Of a DNA stretch of 37,382 nt, positions 26,859 to 36,126 are shown in pieces. The notes under the pieces were generated by a model. The model saw nothing but the letters and a program-made list of their open reading frames with translations. It searched no databases and was not told the origin of the DNA. Position numbers and translations under genes: made by a program. The stretch is from Bacteriovoracaceae bacterium. Lineage in GTDB: Bacteria > Bdellovibrionota > Bacteriovoracia > Bacteriovoracales > Bacteriovoracaceae. Within the stretch, counting starts at the first letter, position 1, and each line of letters starts with the position of its first letter. The stretch covers positions 1 to 37,382 of the forward strand of contig JABIHA010000093.1 of NCBI GenBank assembly GCA_018649885.1, read 5' to 3'.

Positions 26859-27692
26859 TTATATTTCAATGTTATCAATGAGTCTAGTTTTGCCAACTTT
26901 AAGGGCCCCAAGGGCCACTATTTTGGAGTCACTTGCCGTTACTGGCAAAAGCTCTGAAGCGCTGTAGATTTCCAGGTATTCCCAACCAGGTTGTCCACAA
27001 TATCTAAATTTAAATGATTCAAAATCAAAATCACTGCTGTAGTTTCGTTTTAATTCGACAAGTGTATTTCTCAGCTCTAGGGCCTGTGCTCTCTGGCCTT
27101 CGCTTAGGTATTGATTTCGACTTGAGAGGGCCAGGCCATCTTCTTCTCTAATAATCTCCATTCCAACAATTTCTATGGGGAGCTCTAAATCAGAGACCAT
27201 TCGCTCGATTGTCTTAAGTTGCTGGTAATCTTTCTTTCCAAAATAGGCCCTTTTTGGTGACACCAAATTAAAGAGTAAACTCACAACTGTAGTTACACCT
27301 TCAAAATGTGAAGGCCTAGTTTTTGCACAAAGTATCTTTGTTAAATGGGAGTTTACTACCACCTTTGTTTGAAAATCGTTTTCATAAATTTCTTCATTTG
27401 TTCTGGGAGCAAAAACAACTAGGTGCTTATCTTTAAAGTTAGCAGCTAGCTCATCTAGTATTTGAAGGTCTCGTTCTAATGTTCGGGGATATGAGCCGTA
27501 GTCTTCTCCCGGGCCAAACTGAGTGGGGTTGATGAAAATCGAAACAACAGTGGTATCATTGTCTGACATTGAGCGTTCAACAAGGCTTAAATGACCTCGG
27601 TGCAAATTACCCATAGTAGGGACAAAGCCGACTTCGTCTGCAGAGCTTGCTCTCCACTTCTGCAAACTTTCTTTATTGTCTATGACCTTCAC
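26859..27692 (-). CDS. panC: Pantoate--beta-alanine ligase
   Basis: GFVPTMGNLHRGH, SIFINPTQF, HFEGVTTVV, FGKKDYQQ, GLALSSRN and TRLIDN. Confidence 0.97.
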   Translation of the reverse strand: MKVIDNKESLQKWRASSADEVGFVPTMGNLHRGHLSLVERSMSDNDTTVVSIFINPTQFGPGEDYGSYPRTLERDLQILDELAANFKDKHLVVFAPRTNEEIYENDFQTKVVVNSHLTKILCAKTRPSHFEGVTTVVSLLFNLVSPKRAYFGKKDYQQLKTIERMVSDLELPIEIVGMEIIREEDGLALSSRNQYLSEGQRAQALELRNTLVELKRNYSSDFDFESFKFRYCGQPGWEYLEIYSASELLPVTASDSKIVALGALKVGKTRLIDNIEI

Positions 27693-28911
27693 TTCCTACC
27701 ACCTCTAGATAAATTTTTTGTGCCAATTGCATTTTACTCAATTGTCCCTCAAATGACTTCCCCAATTTTGTTAAAAAGATATAGGAGCCTGTATCAACTT
27801 CAAAGCCGCTGGTTTCACCATTTCCCGAATATCCATGATCCACACGGTTTCCAATGAGTAGATCAACTGGTTTAGAACTCATTTTCTCTGTAAGGACTTT
27901 TTCACTTATTTGGCTTTCGGCTGCAAACCCAACAATTTGTTGTGATTTTGACCTTTGTTTTAATACTTCACTTAAAACATCACAGCTTTTGGTATAATCT
28001 AGCTTCCCGTCTAGGCTCGATTTTTTTAGCTTACTACCATGATATTCGAATTCGATATCATTGATAGCGGCAGACGAGATGAAAACATCACAATCTTTTA
28101 GTTGCTTCAAGGTTTCTTCTTTAATTTCTGAGCTAGTGATTACACGCGAGAGAGAAAAATTGGGAAGTGGGAGTAGAGCTTCTAATTTTGAAGTTGCTTT
28201 TTTTCCCGCAATAACACTAACCTTGTGACCACCTTTTAAAAATGCTTTGGCCAGCTCATAACCTGTTTTTCCACTTGATGAGTTTGTAAGGTAGCGCACA
28301 GGGTCCAGAGGACTGATTGTTGCTCCGGCAGATATCAGGATTCTTTTAGACTTATTTTTTGCAGTGACAAAGCAAGTTGCTGACTCACAAACCGTATCAA
28401 CTTCTGGGAGCTTTCCAATTTCACGATCACCACAAGCGAGTTCCCCTACATCAGGGGGATAAATGAAAATATGTGAAAGTGCACTAAGCGTGTCCATATT
28501 TTTTTGAACAAGTGGATTTTGGTACATTGAGGTATTCATGGCCGGGTAAATTACACACGGCTTTGATAAATTTGTTAGGAAAATACTGGTGAGAAGATCA
28601 TATGCACTTCCATGGGCCAACTCTTTTATGGTATTGGCCGTTGCGGGAGCAATAACAAGCCTGTCCATCCATTTGCAAAGATCAACATGTCTAACAGTAT
28701 TTTTTTCGCTCAGACCCTCTACTTCGAAATCTGAATCAAAGCTATAGGAAGCTTTGGCACCAAGATAACAAAAAGTTTGAGGGAGGATAAATTTAGTAGC
28801 TCCTTTAGTAAGGACAACTACTACGCTGTGACCATCTTTGATAAAATTTCTGCAAATATCATAAGCTTTATATGAAGCAATAGATCCACAAACGCCTAGA
28901 ACGATATTCAT
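27673..28911 (-). CDS. coaBC: Bifunctional phosphopantothenoylcysteine decarboxylase/ligase
   Basis: GSIASYKA, APATANTI, PAMN, GELACGD, DPVRYLTNSSSGKTG and VGFAAE. Confidence 0.96.
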   Translation of the reverse strand: MNIVLGVCGSIASYKAYDICRNFIKDGHSVVVVLTKGATKFILPQTFCYLGAKASYSFDSDFEVEGLSEKNTVRHVDLCKWMDRLVIAPATANTIKELAHGSAYDLLTSIFLTNLSKPCVIYPAMNTSMYQNPLVQKNMDTLSALSHIFIYPPDVGELACGDREIGKLPEVDTVCESATCFVTAKNKSKRILISAGATISPLDPVRYLTNSSSGKTGYELAKAFLKGGHKVSVIAGKKATSKLEALLPLPNFSLSRVITSSEIKEETLKQLKDCDVFISSAAINDIEFEYHGSKLKKSSLDGKLDYTKSCDVLSEVLKQRSKSQQIVGFAAESQISEKVLTEKMSSKPVDLLIGNRVDHGYSGNGETSGFEVDTGSYIFLTKLGKSFEGQLSKMQLAQKIYLEVVGSEGHRQ

Positions 28912-29720
28912 GTTACTGACCTAAGTTCTCCCAATTTAACTGTATTGTGCATATTAGAAGTAGTTTGACTTATGACTTGATCAATAAAGGCCAGCGAGTA
29001 GTGGATTAGATCGGGAACAATTTCACACTCTAATTCAGAATCGAGGGATAGGTTATTTTTAAATAATGAATAGATGTCTAGGCCTTGACCACCAGTGATA
29101 ATCACTTGATCGAATGGTCCATAAATTTTAAAAAAGTTAGCAAAGGTTGATACTAACATCAGCTTTGTGGATTCAAGTAGTGCTTGCTCTGTATTTTCTG
29201 GAAGGTTAACGTGTGTTCCAAGTTTTAAGAGAGACTGGTTAATGCAGGGAAGGTTGGCACCTTTTTTAAAGGTATCAAGTAGTGCCTGTGTTCCTGGAAA
29301 TATGAATCCCCCGAGCATGCCATCACTTGTTACAATATCTGCCGTAATATATGTTCCTGCATCAATGAGGGCGATTCTTTTTTGGTTTTCTTTTTCGAGA
29401 GTTTTTTTCTTGTAGATATAATAGCTTTGAAAAAGTCTATCATCTCCAATCCCTTCACTATAGTTATAGGGCATGTCTATAAATAGACCATCATTTTTAT
29501 ACTGAGTCAGATCAATTGATTTTAGTATTAACTCTTTTAAGAGCTCACATGTTTCACCGACATTTGAGACTAAAACTTTAAACTTATTTTCGTTTAAAAA
29601 TTCATCTTTATAAGGAGCAAAATCTTTAAAATTGATAATTGCATCTAGGAGACCATTTTGAAAAATCCCAACATGTGGGTTTGAATTTCCGTTATCGACT
29701 GTAATTAGACCATTGCTCAC
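28908..29720 (-). CDS. coaX: Type III pantothenate kinase
   Basis: VDNGNS, GIGDDR, IDAGTYITAD, GGFIFPG and IITGG. Confidence 0.92.
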   Translation of the reverse strand: MSNGLITVDNGNSNPHVGIFQNGLLDAIINFKDFAPYKDEFLNENKFKVLVSNVGETCELLKELILKSIDLTQYKNDGLFIDMPYNYSEGIGDDRLFQSYYIYKKKTLEKENQKRIALIDAGTYITADIVTSDGMLGGFIFPGTQALLDTFKKGANLPCINQSLLKLGTHVNLPENTEQALLESTKLMLVSTFANFFKIYGPFDQVIITGGQGLDIYSLFKNNLSLDSELECEIVPDLIHYSLAFIDQVISQTTSNMHNTVKLGELRSVT

Positions 29721-29733
29721 AGGTTAATACTCC

Positions 29734-30603
29734 CTATTGTGTGATTGTGGGTTGTTCATTAGAGGGAGTAACCTCTCTGATTAATTCTTTATTCAATAAA
29801 TTGACTAGCTTTTCTTCTTCTCTTTCATCTGGCTGAGAATTGCTGCCAAGGTAATTTAGAATTAGCTCTTTTTTCAAATTGTATAAATCAGCAATTGGGG
29901 TAACAAAACTAGGGGCGTCGCTATTTCCCATGCCTAAGAGATCGTTGATAACGAGCACTTGCCCATCTACATCTTCTCCCGATCCAATTCCAATAGTTGG
30001 AATATCTAGAGAAGCGGAAATTTCTTTTGCCAATGTCTTATCTACGCACTCTAGGACAATGGAAAAAACACCGGCACTTTCTAATTCATAAGCTTGTTTA
30101 ATTAGTTTTTCTTTAGATTCTTGGTTTTTCCCATGAGTGAAATAGCCACCTTGCTCGTGAACACTTTGAGGAGTCAGACCAATATGTCCCATAACTGGAA
30201 TTCCGATATGAGTGAGGTTTTTAATCAGCTCAAGTTGAAGAGGAAATGCTCCCTCTATTTTTACTGCTTCAACACCAGATTCTTTAAAAATTTTAGTTGT
30301 ATTTTTTATACCTTCATAGACATTTGAAAAACTGCCAAAGGGAAGGTCTGCTATAATAAATTTTTCAGGTGCACCTCTTTTTACTGCACTAGAAAAAGTT
30401 ATCATTTCCTCAAGAGTCACACGAATTGTATTTTCATAACCAAGAACTACATTGCCGACACTATCACCAACTAAGATCAAATCAACTGGTGTTTCACTGA
30501 GCATAAGCGCTGTTTGATAGTCATAGCAGGTAAGCATCTGAAGCTTCTTGCTATCATGACCTTTTTTCCAATTTCTAAGCATCCGTGTATTGAGTTTTTT
30601 CAT
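29734..30603 (-). CDS. panB: 3-methyl-2-oxobutanoate hydroxymethyltransferase
   Basis: MLTCYD, ILVGDSVG, ADLPFGS, AVKIEG, GHIGLTPQ and TIGIGSG..DGQVLV. Confidence 0.97.
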   Translation of the reverse strand: MKKLNTRMLRNWKKGHDSKKLQMLTCYDYQTALMLSETPVDLILVGDSVGNVVLGYENTIRVTLEEMITFSSAVKRGAPEKFIIADLPFGSFSNVYEGIKNTTKIFKESGVEAVKIEGAFPLQLELIKNLTHIGIPVMGHIGLTPQSVHEQGGYFTHGKNQESKEKLIKQAYELESAGVFSIVLECVDKTLAKEISASLDIPTIGIGSGEDVDGQVLVINDLLGMGNSDAPSFVTPIADLYNLKKELILNYLGSNSQPDEREEEKLVNLLNKELIREVTPSNEQPTITQ

Positions 30604-31538
30604 TTAAACAATCCCATTTCATTGTGAGTTGTAGATAACTCTTGTTTCTTCCAAAAACTTTTCACTCTTTTTCTAGTCATTTCGATGTTTTGTCCAGAAG
30701 CTTCTTCGAAAAACTTATCACTCCATATGTCATCCAAAATTCTATCTAAGTTCATTTCAAATTTTTCATCAAAAATCAATTCTCTTCCTTTCTCGGAGCC
30801 CAGCAATGCATTGGGGCTAATAAGGTCGAAAAAGTCTACAGGCCCGACTTTCATCAGAGCGTCAACGATCAGCTTTATTTCAAACCAACACTCTAAGTAG
30901 GCGAGTTCAGTTCCTATGCCACGCTGTCTTAATTTTTGGTAACACTTTAATCCCGCGTATGGAATCAGTGAGCACAGCAGGCTTTGCTCGGAAAATAAGT
31001 CAGCTTTTGTTTCTTCTTCCATACTTACGCGGTATGGACCGTGAGTTATGCCTATGGCCGTAGCAAGCTCTGTAAGCAGCTTGTCAGCTGCCTGTATATC
31101 CTTTGAGTTTTCTGAACTCATTACTGCGGCAATATTTCCTTTGGTCTCAAACTGAAACCTAAGCTCACTTGCAATGGCCTTAGGGGCCAAAAGAAGATGC
31201 TCTAATTTGGGGAACTTTTTTTTCAGTCCCATAGCGGCTAAGCTAAAGCCATGTGCATAAATGACAGAGCTACCCTCACTTAAATAAGGATAGATAACCT
31301 CCAAGCATTTAGCGTGGGCCTCATCTGGGATCAACATTAATATTTCTTTAAAGTCTTCGAGCTCAGTGAGTTTATCTTGAATATACTCAAAACCGCACGC
31401 CACAACACTCGACACGCTTGTGCTGTCTTTTCTCAAATAATGAACTGGTGTGAAGCCTGAATCCCGTAGGTTAAAGGCCCAAGCTTTTGCTTGATTTCCA
31501 AATCCAATAATTAATTTTCTATTAGTTGTCTCTTCCAT
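30600..31538 (-). CDS. ilvC: Divergent ketol-acid reductoisomerase (IlvC-like), probable ketopantoate reductase
   Basis: IIGFGNQA..NLRDSG, LIPDE, AHGF, EETKADLFSEQ and LAYLEC..EIKLIVD; first gene of the pan/coa operon. Confidence 0.8.
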   Translation of the reverse strand: MEETTNRKLIIGFGNQAKAWAFNLRDSGFTPVHYLRKDSTSVSSVVACGFEYIQDKLTELEDFKEILMLIPDEAHAKCLEVIYPYLSEGSSVIYAHGFSLAAMGLKKKFPKLEHLLLAPKAIASELRFQFETKGNIAAVMSSENSKDIQAADKLLTELATAIGITHGPYRVSMEEETKADLFSEQSLLCSLIPYAGLKCYQKLRQRGIGTELAYLECWFEIKLIVDALMKVGPVDFFDLISPNALLGSEKGRELIFDEKFEMNLDRILDDIWSDKFFEEASGQNIEMTRKRVKSFWKKQELSTTHNEMGLFK

Positions 31539-31626
31539 AACGCTTGGCTTGATCTATAATCCATTATCAATACGAGTTAATTTGGGATACCATGTGCTCT
31601 CTAGCTTAGCAATTGTGTGAAGTAGT

Positions 31627-32550
31627 GTGGACCAAACGCGGTGCATCCGGGTGGAGAATTTTGTGGAGAAATCATTTTCTTTTGATCCCGCTGCCAGCAG
31701 AGCATTTTTGTTCGGAGAGGCGTTCTTCACAACCATGCTTTATAAAGATGGCCGCTTCCTTTTTTTGGAAGATCACTGGCAAAGAATTTCTAAGTCGTGG
31801 TGTTATCTTTTTTCAGCAGATCAGATTCACACTGTGCTTGATCTCTGGGCCGAAAAACTAGAACTTACATTACAGCAACTGCAGGAGAGCTCAAAACGCA
31901 AGGCCATCTGCCGCTTTACCTTCAGCATGGACACAGAAGGCTCAAGCCTTTTTTCTGTTGGGGGAACCCCTAGCATAGAAATAAAAATAAGAGACTATCC
32001 CTCAATTGCCAGTGAATATCTCGATGTTCAACTATCCTTTCAAAAAAAATGCCCCAAAACATTGATTCCATCTTTTTTTAAGAAAACATTCTACCTAGAT
32101 TCGATTTTAGAAAAAAGACAGGCCAGCTCACAAGGTTGGGATGACGTGGTATTTTTAGATACGAGTGATAATTTTGCAGAAGCTACTACTAGTAATATTT
32201 TCTTTATAAAAGGTAGTACTCTCGTGACGCCCAAATTGTCATCATGTGTACTCGATGGAATTACTAGAAGAAAAATTATTGAATCCGCTGAAGAAATTGG
32301 TCTGCTCGTTGATGTTAGAAATATCCATAAAAGTGAAGCTGACTCTTTTGAATTTGGATTTCTCAGCAACAGTATTAAGAAATCTGTTCCCATCAGAAAA
32401 ATGGGTGTGGACGCTTCTCACTTTGAGTTTTCTCATTTTAGTGAGATCTACAATTCTATCGTCACCCAACACGATAAAAAAATTGATAATTATGTGAGGG
32501 AAAGTGAAAAAGTTGATCGTCAAATGCGCTCATTGCAAGAAGAAATTTGA
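31627..32550 (+). CDS. Aminotransferase class IV (IlvE/PabC-like)
   Basis: FLFGEAFFTTM, DHWQRI, FKKTFY (PLP lysine region), EATTSNIF and LDGITR. Confidence 0.9.
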   Translation: MDQTRCIRVENFVEKSFSFDPAASRAFLFGEAFFTTMLYKDGRFLFLEDHWQRISKSWCYLFSADQIHTVLDLWAEKLELTLQQLQESSKRKAICRFTFSMDTEGSSLFSVGGTPSIEIKIRDYPSIASEYLDVQLSFQKKCPKTLIPSFFKKTFYLDSILEKRQASSQGWDDVVFLDTSDNFAEATTSNIFFIKGSTLVTPKLSSCVLDGITRRKIIESAEEIGLLVDVRNIHKSEADSFEFGFLSNSIKKSVPIRKMGVDASHFEFSHFSEIYNSIVTQHDKKIDNYVRESEKVDRQMRSLQEEI

Positions 32551-32737
32551 ATACTACAAAAGTGAATTTCGACCATTTTGTACTGAGAGATGTAAAATGG
32601 TGGATCTAGGTATGTGGCTCGATGAGAGTTACAATATTGCTTCGACACATACTCCCCTAGAAGGCGAGAGTGATATAGAAGTAAGTGACGATTTTTTTAT
32701 AGTTTCTAAAGACTTGGAAGATAGTAATGAAAGTTAA
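32504..32737 (+). CDS. yacG: DNA gyrase inhibitor YacG family zinc-binding protein
   Basis: VKCAHC...FRPFCTERCKMVDLGMWLDESY. Confidence 0.93.
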   Translation: MKKLIVKCAHCKKKFEYYKSEFRPFCTERCKMVDLGMWLDESYNIASTHTPLEGESDIEVSDDFFIVSKDLEDSNES

Positions 32738-33578
32738 TGAGCAGTCTTATCTTGGGCATTTAAAATTTGCAAAACAAGCAGCTATTAGTGCTGGAAAAAT
32801 TTTACTGAGATATGAGAAAAAAATTGAAAGCCTAAGTGTTAGCTATAAAGATGCTGAGGGTTTGGCCAGCACGGCGGACGTGGCAAGTGAACAATTCATC
32901 ATTAAAGAAATACAAAAAAAATATCCAGGCCATTTTATCTTGGGTGAGGAAAGCTCTTTTGAGCAAGCAGGTACCAACAAGATAGAGTTATTTGAGAGGT
33001 GTAAAAAAGAGCCGTTTTCATGGATTATAGATCCTCTCGATGGAACTAATAACTATCTCAATCGTCTTCCTTTTTACGCTGTATGCATCGCTTTGGCAGT
33101 CAAAGGAAACCCTGTGATGGGTGTTGTTTATGTGCCCTCGACAGGAGAGATGTATGAAGCCGTCAAAGGAGGGGGAGCTTTTTTCCGCAAGGCGCCAGGT
33201 GAACGAAGGCAGCGGATGACTTGCAAAGGTTTTAAAAAAGATCTGGGGCAATGCATATTGGCCACAGGATTCTCCTCTGAAAAAGGCAAGGTATTTGATA
33301 AGGAATTCACAATTTTTAAAAAAATGTTAGAAAATACCCGTGGAATTAGAAGATTTGGAAGTGCGGCCCTCGACATGTGTTGGAGTGCCCGTGGAATTAT
33401 TGATGGTTTTTGGGAAAAAGGTTTGGCCCCCTGGGATATGGCAGCTCCAGGTATTATTTGTAAGGAAGCTGGACTAGTGTTATCAGATTTCAGCGGTGGG
33501 AAATTTGACCCATTTGTGCCCAATGTTATTGCTGCTCCCAGAAGAATCCAGACAAAACTGACTAAGATTCTAGGTTAA
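32727..33578 (+). CDS. suhB: Inositol monophosphatase family protein
   Basis: ILGEE, WIIDPLDGTNNY, RRFGSAALD and WDMAA. Confidence 0.9.
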   Translation: MKVNEQSYLGHLKFAKQAAISAGKILLRYEKKIESLSVSYKDAEGLASTADVASEQFIIKEIQKKYPGHFILGEESSFEQAGTNKIELFERCKKEPFSWIIDPLDGTNNYLNRLPFYAVCIALAVKGNPVMGVVYVPSTGEMYEAVKGGGAFFRKAPGERRQRMTCKGFKKDLGQCILATGFSSEKGKVFDKEFTIFKKMLENTRGIRRFGSAALDMCWSARGIIDGFWEKGLAPWDMAAPGIICKEAGLVLSDFSGGKFDPFVPNVIAAPRRIQTKLTKILG

Positions 33579-33609
33579 AACGACTTTTTGAAGTGCCCCT
33601 CCTAAATTA

Positions 33610-33618
33610 TGCTATAAT
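33610..33618 (+). promoter_or_regulatory. Extended -10 promoter element
   Basis: TG-C-TATAAT upstream of an AGGAGG SD (33642-33647). Confidence 0.55.
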
Positions 33619-33655
33619 ATAGATGTACGACTTTGCGTTCCAGGAGGGGACAATC

Positions 33656-34648
33656 TTGAGCTTCTTTAGACTTTCAGAAACATTTAAACTTTGGGTTACA
33701 AAATTTGATGATGTGACGTTAGTTGTGACAATGAGTTTTTTATTTATTGTGACAGTTTCTTTCGTTGTTTATTGGATTTATAACAAGAAAAAATATCATC
33801 AGCTGGGACACCAAATTCCCGCTTCAGTGGTTAAAAATTATCTTGATTCAATAATTCAAAACTCCACTTCGCTTAAGTCTTCTCTTTTTCGAGGAGGAGG
33901 TCTTGATGTTGATGGAGCTGGAATTCCCTCAGTGCTACCACTATCTGGATTAGGTGGTGATCAGGTCAGTGCTGGTGGCGGCGGAAACCCAGAAGAACTG
34001 GCCCAAAAAAATGCACAAATAAATCAATTAAATGCTCAATTGACAGAGAAGCTTAGCCTTATTGCTCAACTAGAAGCAAAGATAGCTGAACTTGAAAAAG
34101 GCTTAGCAGCAGCAGCTGCCTCAGGTGGTGGTGATTCTGCTGAGGTTCCAGGGCTTAAGGCCCGCGTTACAGACCTAGAGGCCCAACTCGCGAAAGCACT
34201 TGAAGATCTGGCCAATGCGCCTGCTGCAGGTGATGGTGGTGGCGGTGATGAGGCCCTTAAATCAGAACTAACTGCAACTGCAAAAGAGCGTGATGACTTA
34301 AAAGAGCGACTGCAAGAATACGAAATAATCGAAGATGACTTGGCCAACCTGAAAAGACTTCAGCAAGAAAATGAACAGCTTAAAAAATCTCTTGCTGATG
34401 GGGGAGGAGCACCTCCACCTGCTGCTGAGCCAGCGCCTGAACCAGAACCAGCAGCGGCAGCTCCAGCAGTAGAGCCTGAACCAGAGCCTGAGCCGGAAGC
34501 ACCTCCAGCAGAAGCTCCACCAGAGCTCGAGACAAAAGCTGAAGCAGAAGATGCACCGGCGCCTGAGGATGTTCCCGATTTAAGTAGTGATGATTCTAAA
34601 TCGGCAGAAGATCTACTCAATGAATTCGAAAAAATGCTAGGATCCTAA
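33656..34648 (+). CDS. Hypothetical single-TM coiled-coil protein with Pro/Glu-rich linker
   Basis: TM, heptad segments, PEPEP repeats and C-terminal SAEDLLNEFEKML. Start placed at TTG 33656 after AGGAGG; the ORF track starts at 33623. Confidence 0.75.
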   Translation: MSFFRLSETFKLWVTKFDDVTLVVTMSFLFIVTVSFVVYWIYNKKKYHQLGHQIPASVVKNYLDSIIQNSTSLKSSLFRGGGLDVDGAGIPSVLPLSGLGGDQVSAGGGGNPEELAQKNAQINQLNAQLTEKLSLIAQLEAKIAELEKGLAAAAASGGGDSAEVPGLKARVTDLEAQLAKALEDLANAPAAGDGGGGDEALKSELTATAKERDDLKERLQEYEIIEDDLANLKRLQQENEQLKKSLADGGGAPPPAAEPAPEPEPAAAAPAVEPEPEPEPEAPPAEAPPELETKAEAEDAPAPEDVPDLSSDDSKSAEDLLNEFEKMLGS

Positions 34649-34669
34649 TAAATATATAAAGAGGAAATT

Positions 34670-35539
34670 ATGAATCAATTCATAAGAGCTATGGTTTTAC
34701 CCATTGGGCTGTTGTTGCCCCTATCTACTGCACTTTCAAGTAAGTGGGTCCCGAAATATCTAGAAGGGGACGCTAGTACGAAAAAAAACAAGCAGCAGCT
34801 AAGGCCATCCGTGACCGCTATACCAAAAATCAAAACTAAAAAAGCGCCAGATGGGAAAGTTGCGGTGAAAAATGAATCAAAATTACCAAGTGATCCTATA
34901 GAGAAGCGTTTTCTAAAAGAGCTGAAAGATAAAAATGAAATCATTGCTCTAAAAAAAGAAGTTCTGGCTATTGGTCCCAAGGCAGTGCCTGTGCTCGTTC
35001 GAATCATGAAGGGAGGCAATTTTCCTATTAAGAGTCGCTGGATTGCAACCTTTTTGCTGGGAAGAATTATGGGAAAGAAATCATCTGGTTTTATCAGTAA
35101 GTTTGCCTCGCATCCTCACTATGTTCTTCGTATGGCCAGTTTAAAGACTCTGCTAGCTATTAAAGAAGATAAAAAAGTGGGCATTTATCAAAATGCCCTA
35201 ACTGACAAATCCATGCTCGTCAGGTTTCAGGCCCTCGAAAATATTTCGAAAATGGGGCTGACTAATCTTGGGCCTAGTGTTTGGAAGATGATTTTTGAAA
35301 AAGAAAATTACAACGGTAAGAAGGGGAAACTCAAAAGAACTGCTATTATAAAAAAAGTGGTCAGAACACTGGGTGATATTAAATTTGCAAAAGTAAAAGC
35401 CCCTCTTTTAAAAATGATTAAAAAGAAGAGCTACAATGATATCTTCAAAGATCTAGACTATAGTCTGTCAAAACTTACAGGCAAGAGCTCTCCAAAGGGC
35501 GGAAGAGATCTCAAAAGATCCTTTTGGGGAAAACTCTAA
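34670..35539 (+). CDS. HEAT-repeat domain exported protein
   Basis: Signal peptide; IGPKAVPVL and ALTDKSMLVRFQALENI HEAT-like repeats. Confidence 0.75.
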   Translation: MNQFIRAMVLPIGLLLPLSTALSSKWVPKYLEGDASTKKNKQQLRPSVTAIPKIKTKKAPDGKVAVKNESKLPSDPIEKRFLKELKDKNEIIALKKEVLAIGPKAVPVLVRIMKGGNFPIKSRWIATFLLGRIMGKKSSGFISKFASHPHYVLRMASLKTLLAIKEDKKVGIYQNALTDKSMLVRFQALENISKMGLTNLGPSVWKMIFEKENYNGKKGKLKRTAIIKKVVRTLGDIKFAKVKAPLLKMIKKKSYNDIFKDLDYSLSKLTGKSSPKGGRDLKRSFWGKL

Positions 35540-36099
35540 AAATTACCAATTTGTTCACGCTCACGGGCCTTCTCTATGGCCTTGAGCTGATTGTCCATTG
35601 TGATAATTCTATCTAGACGATAGAGAAAGACTTTTTCTTGGGTTCCGTCTGTTCTTATTTCTTTCCAGCCTTGTAAGAAGTCTTGCTCAATCAGCTGACG
35701 CTTATAAATTGTAACTTTTGCGACTTCCCTGCTAAACCTGTGTCCCTTGACGACATTAATCACCAATTTGAATTTTGCGGCCTTAATTTTATCTGCACTT
35801 CCAAAAGAGTCAGCGAAGTTTAGCTCCCTGGTGTTATCGATCCACCTGGTCTTTATGACTCCTGCCTCTTGGTTTTGCTTCTCAATATCATATTTTCTCA
35901 TTACCTGAAGCACGGCCTGCCAGGTTTGGTTGAAATCTGACTTGAAGACCTTGGATGGAATTTCAAAGTCTTGGGTAATATATTTAAAGTTTTCATAGCT
36001 TGAGCAGGCTGAAAGTATCAGTACGAACAGCGTTACATGAATAATTTTTGCTGCACCACATGTGCGATGGACGTAAAAAACTTTGCCTAGTATTCTCAT
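35536..36099 (-). CDS. Outer membrane lipoprotein, BamC/NlpB-like domain
   Basis: Lipobox LSAC; FNQTWQAVLQVM...AGVIKTRWI resembles the BamC helix-grip motif. Confidence 0.65.
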   Translation of the reverse strand: MRILGKVFYVHRTCGAAKIIHVTLFVLILSACSSYENFKYITQDFEIPSKVFKSDFNQTWQAVLQVMRKYDIEKQNQEAGVIKTRWIDNTRELNFADSFGSADKIKAAKFKLVINVVKGHRFSREVAKVTIYKRQLIEQDFLQGWKEIRTDGTQEKVFLYRLDRIITMDNQLKAIEKAREREQIGNF

Positions 36100-36126
36100 A
36101 GGCTAATTTTAGCACACCAGAATTTA

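Noticed and set aside
34425..34520. Short tandem GAGCC(T/A)GA(A/G)CC-like repeats
   Set aside because: They encode the Pro-Glu linker of the protein; not a CRISPR or independent repeat.
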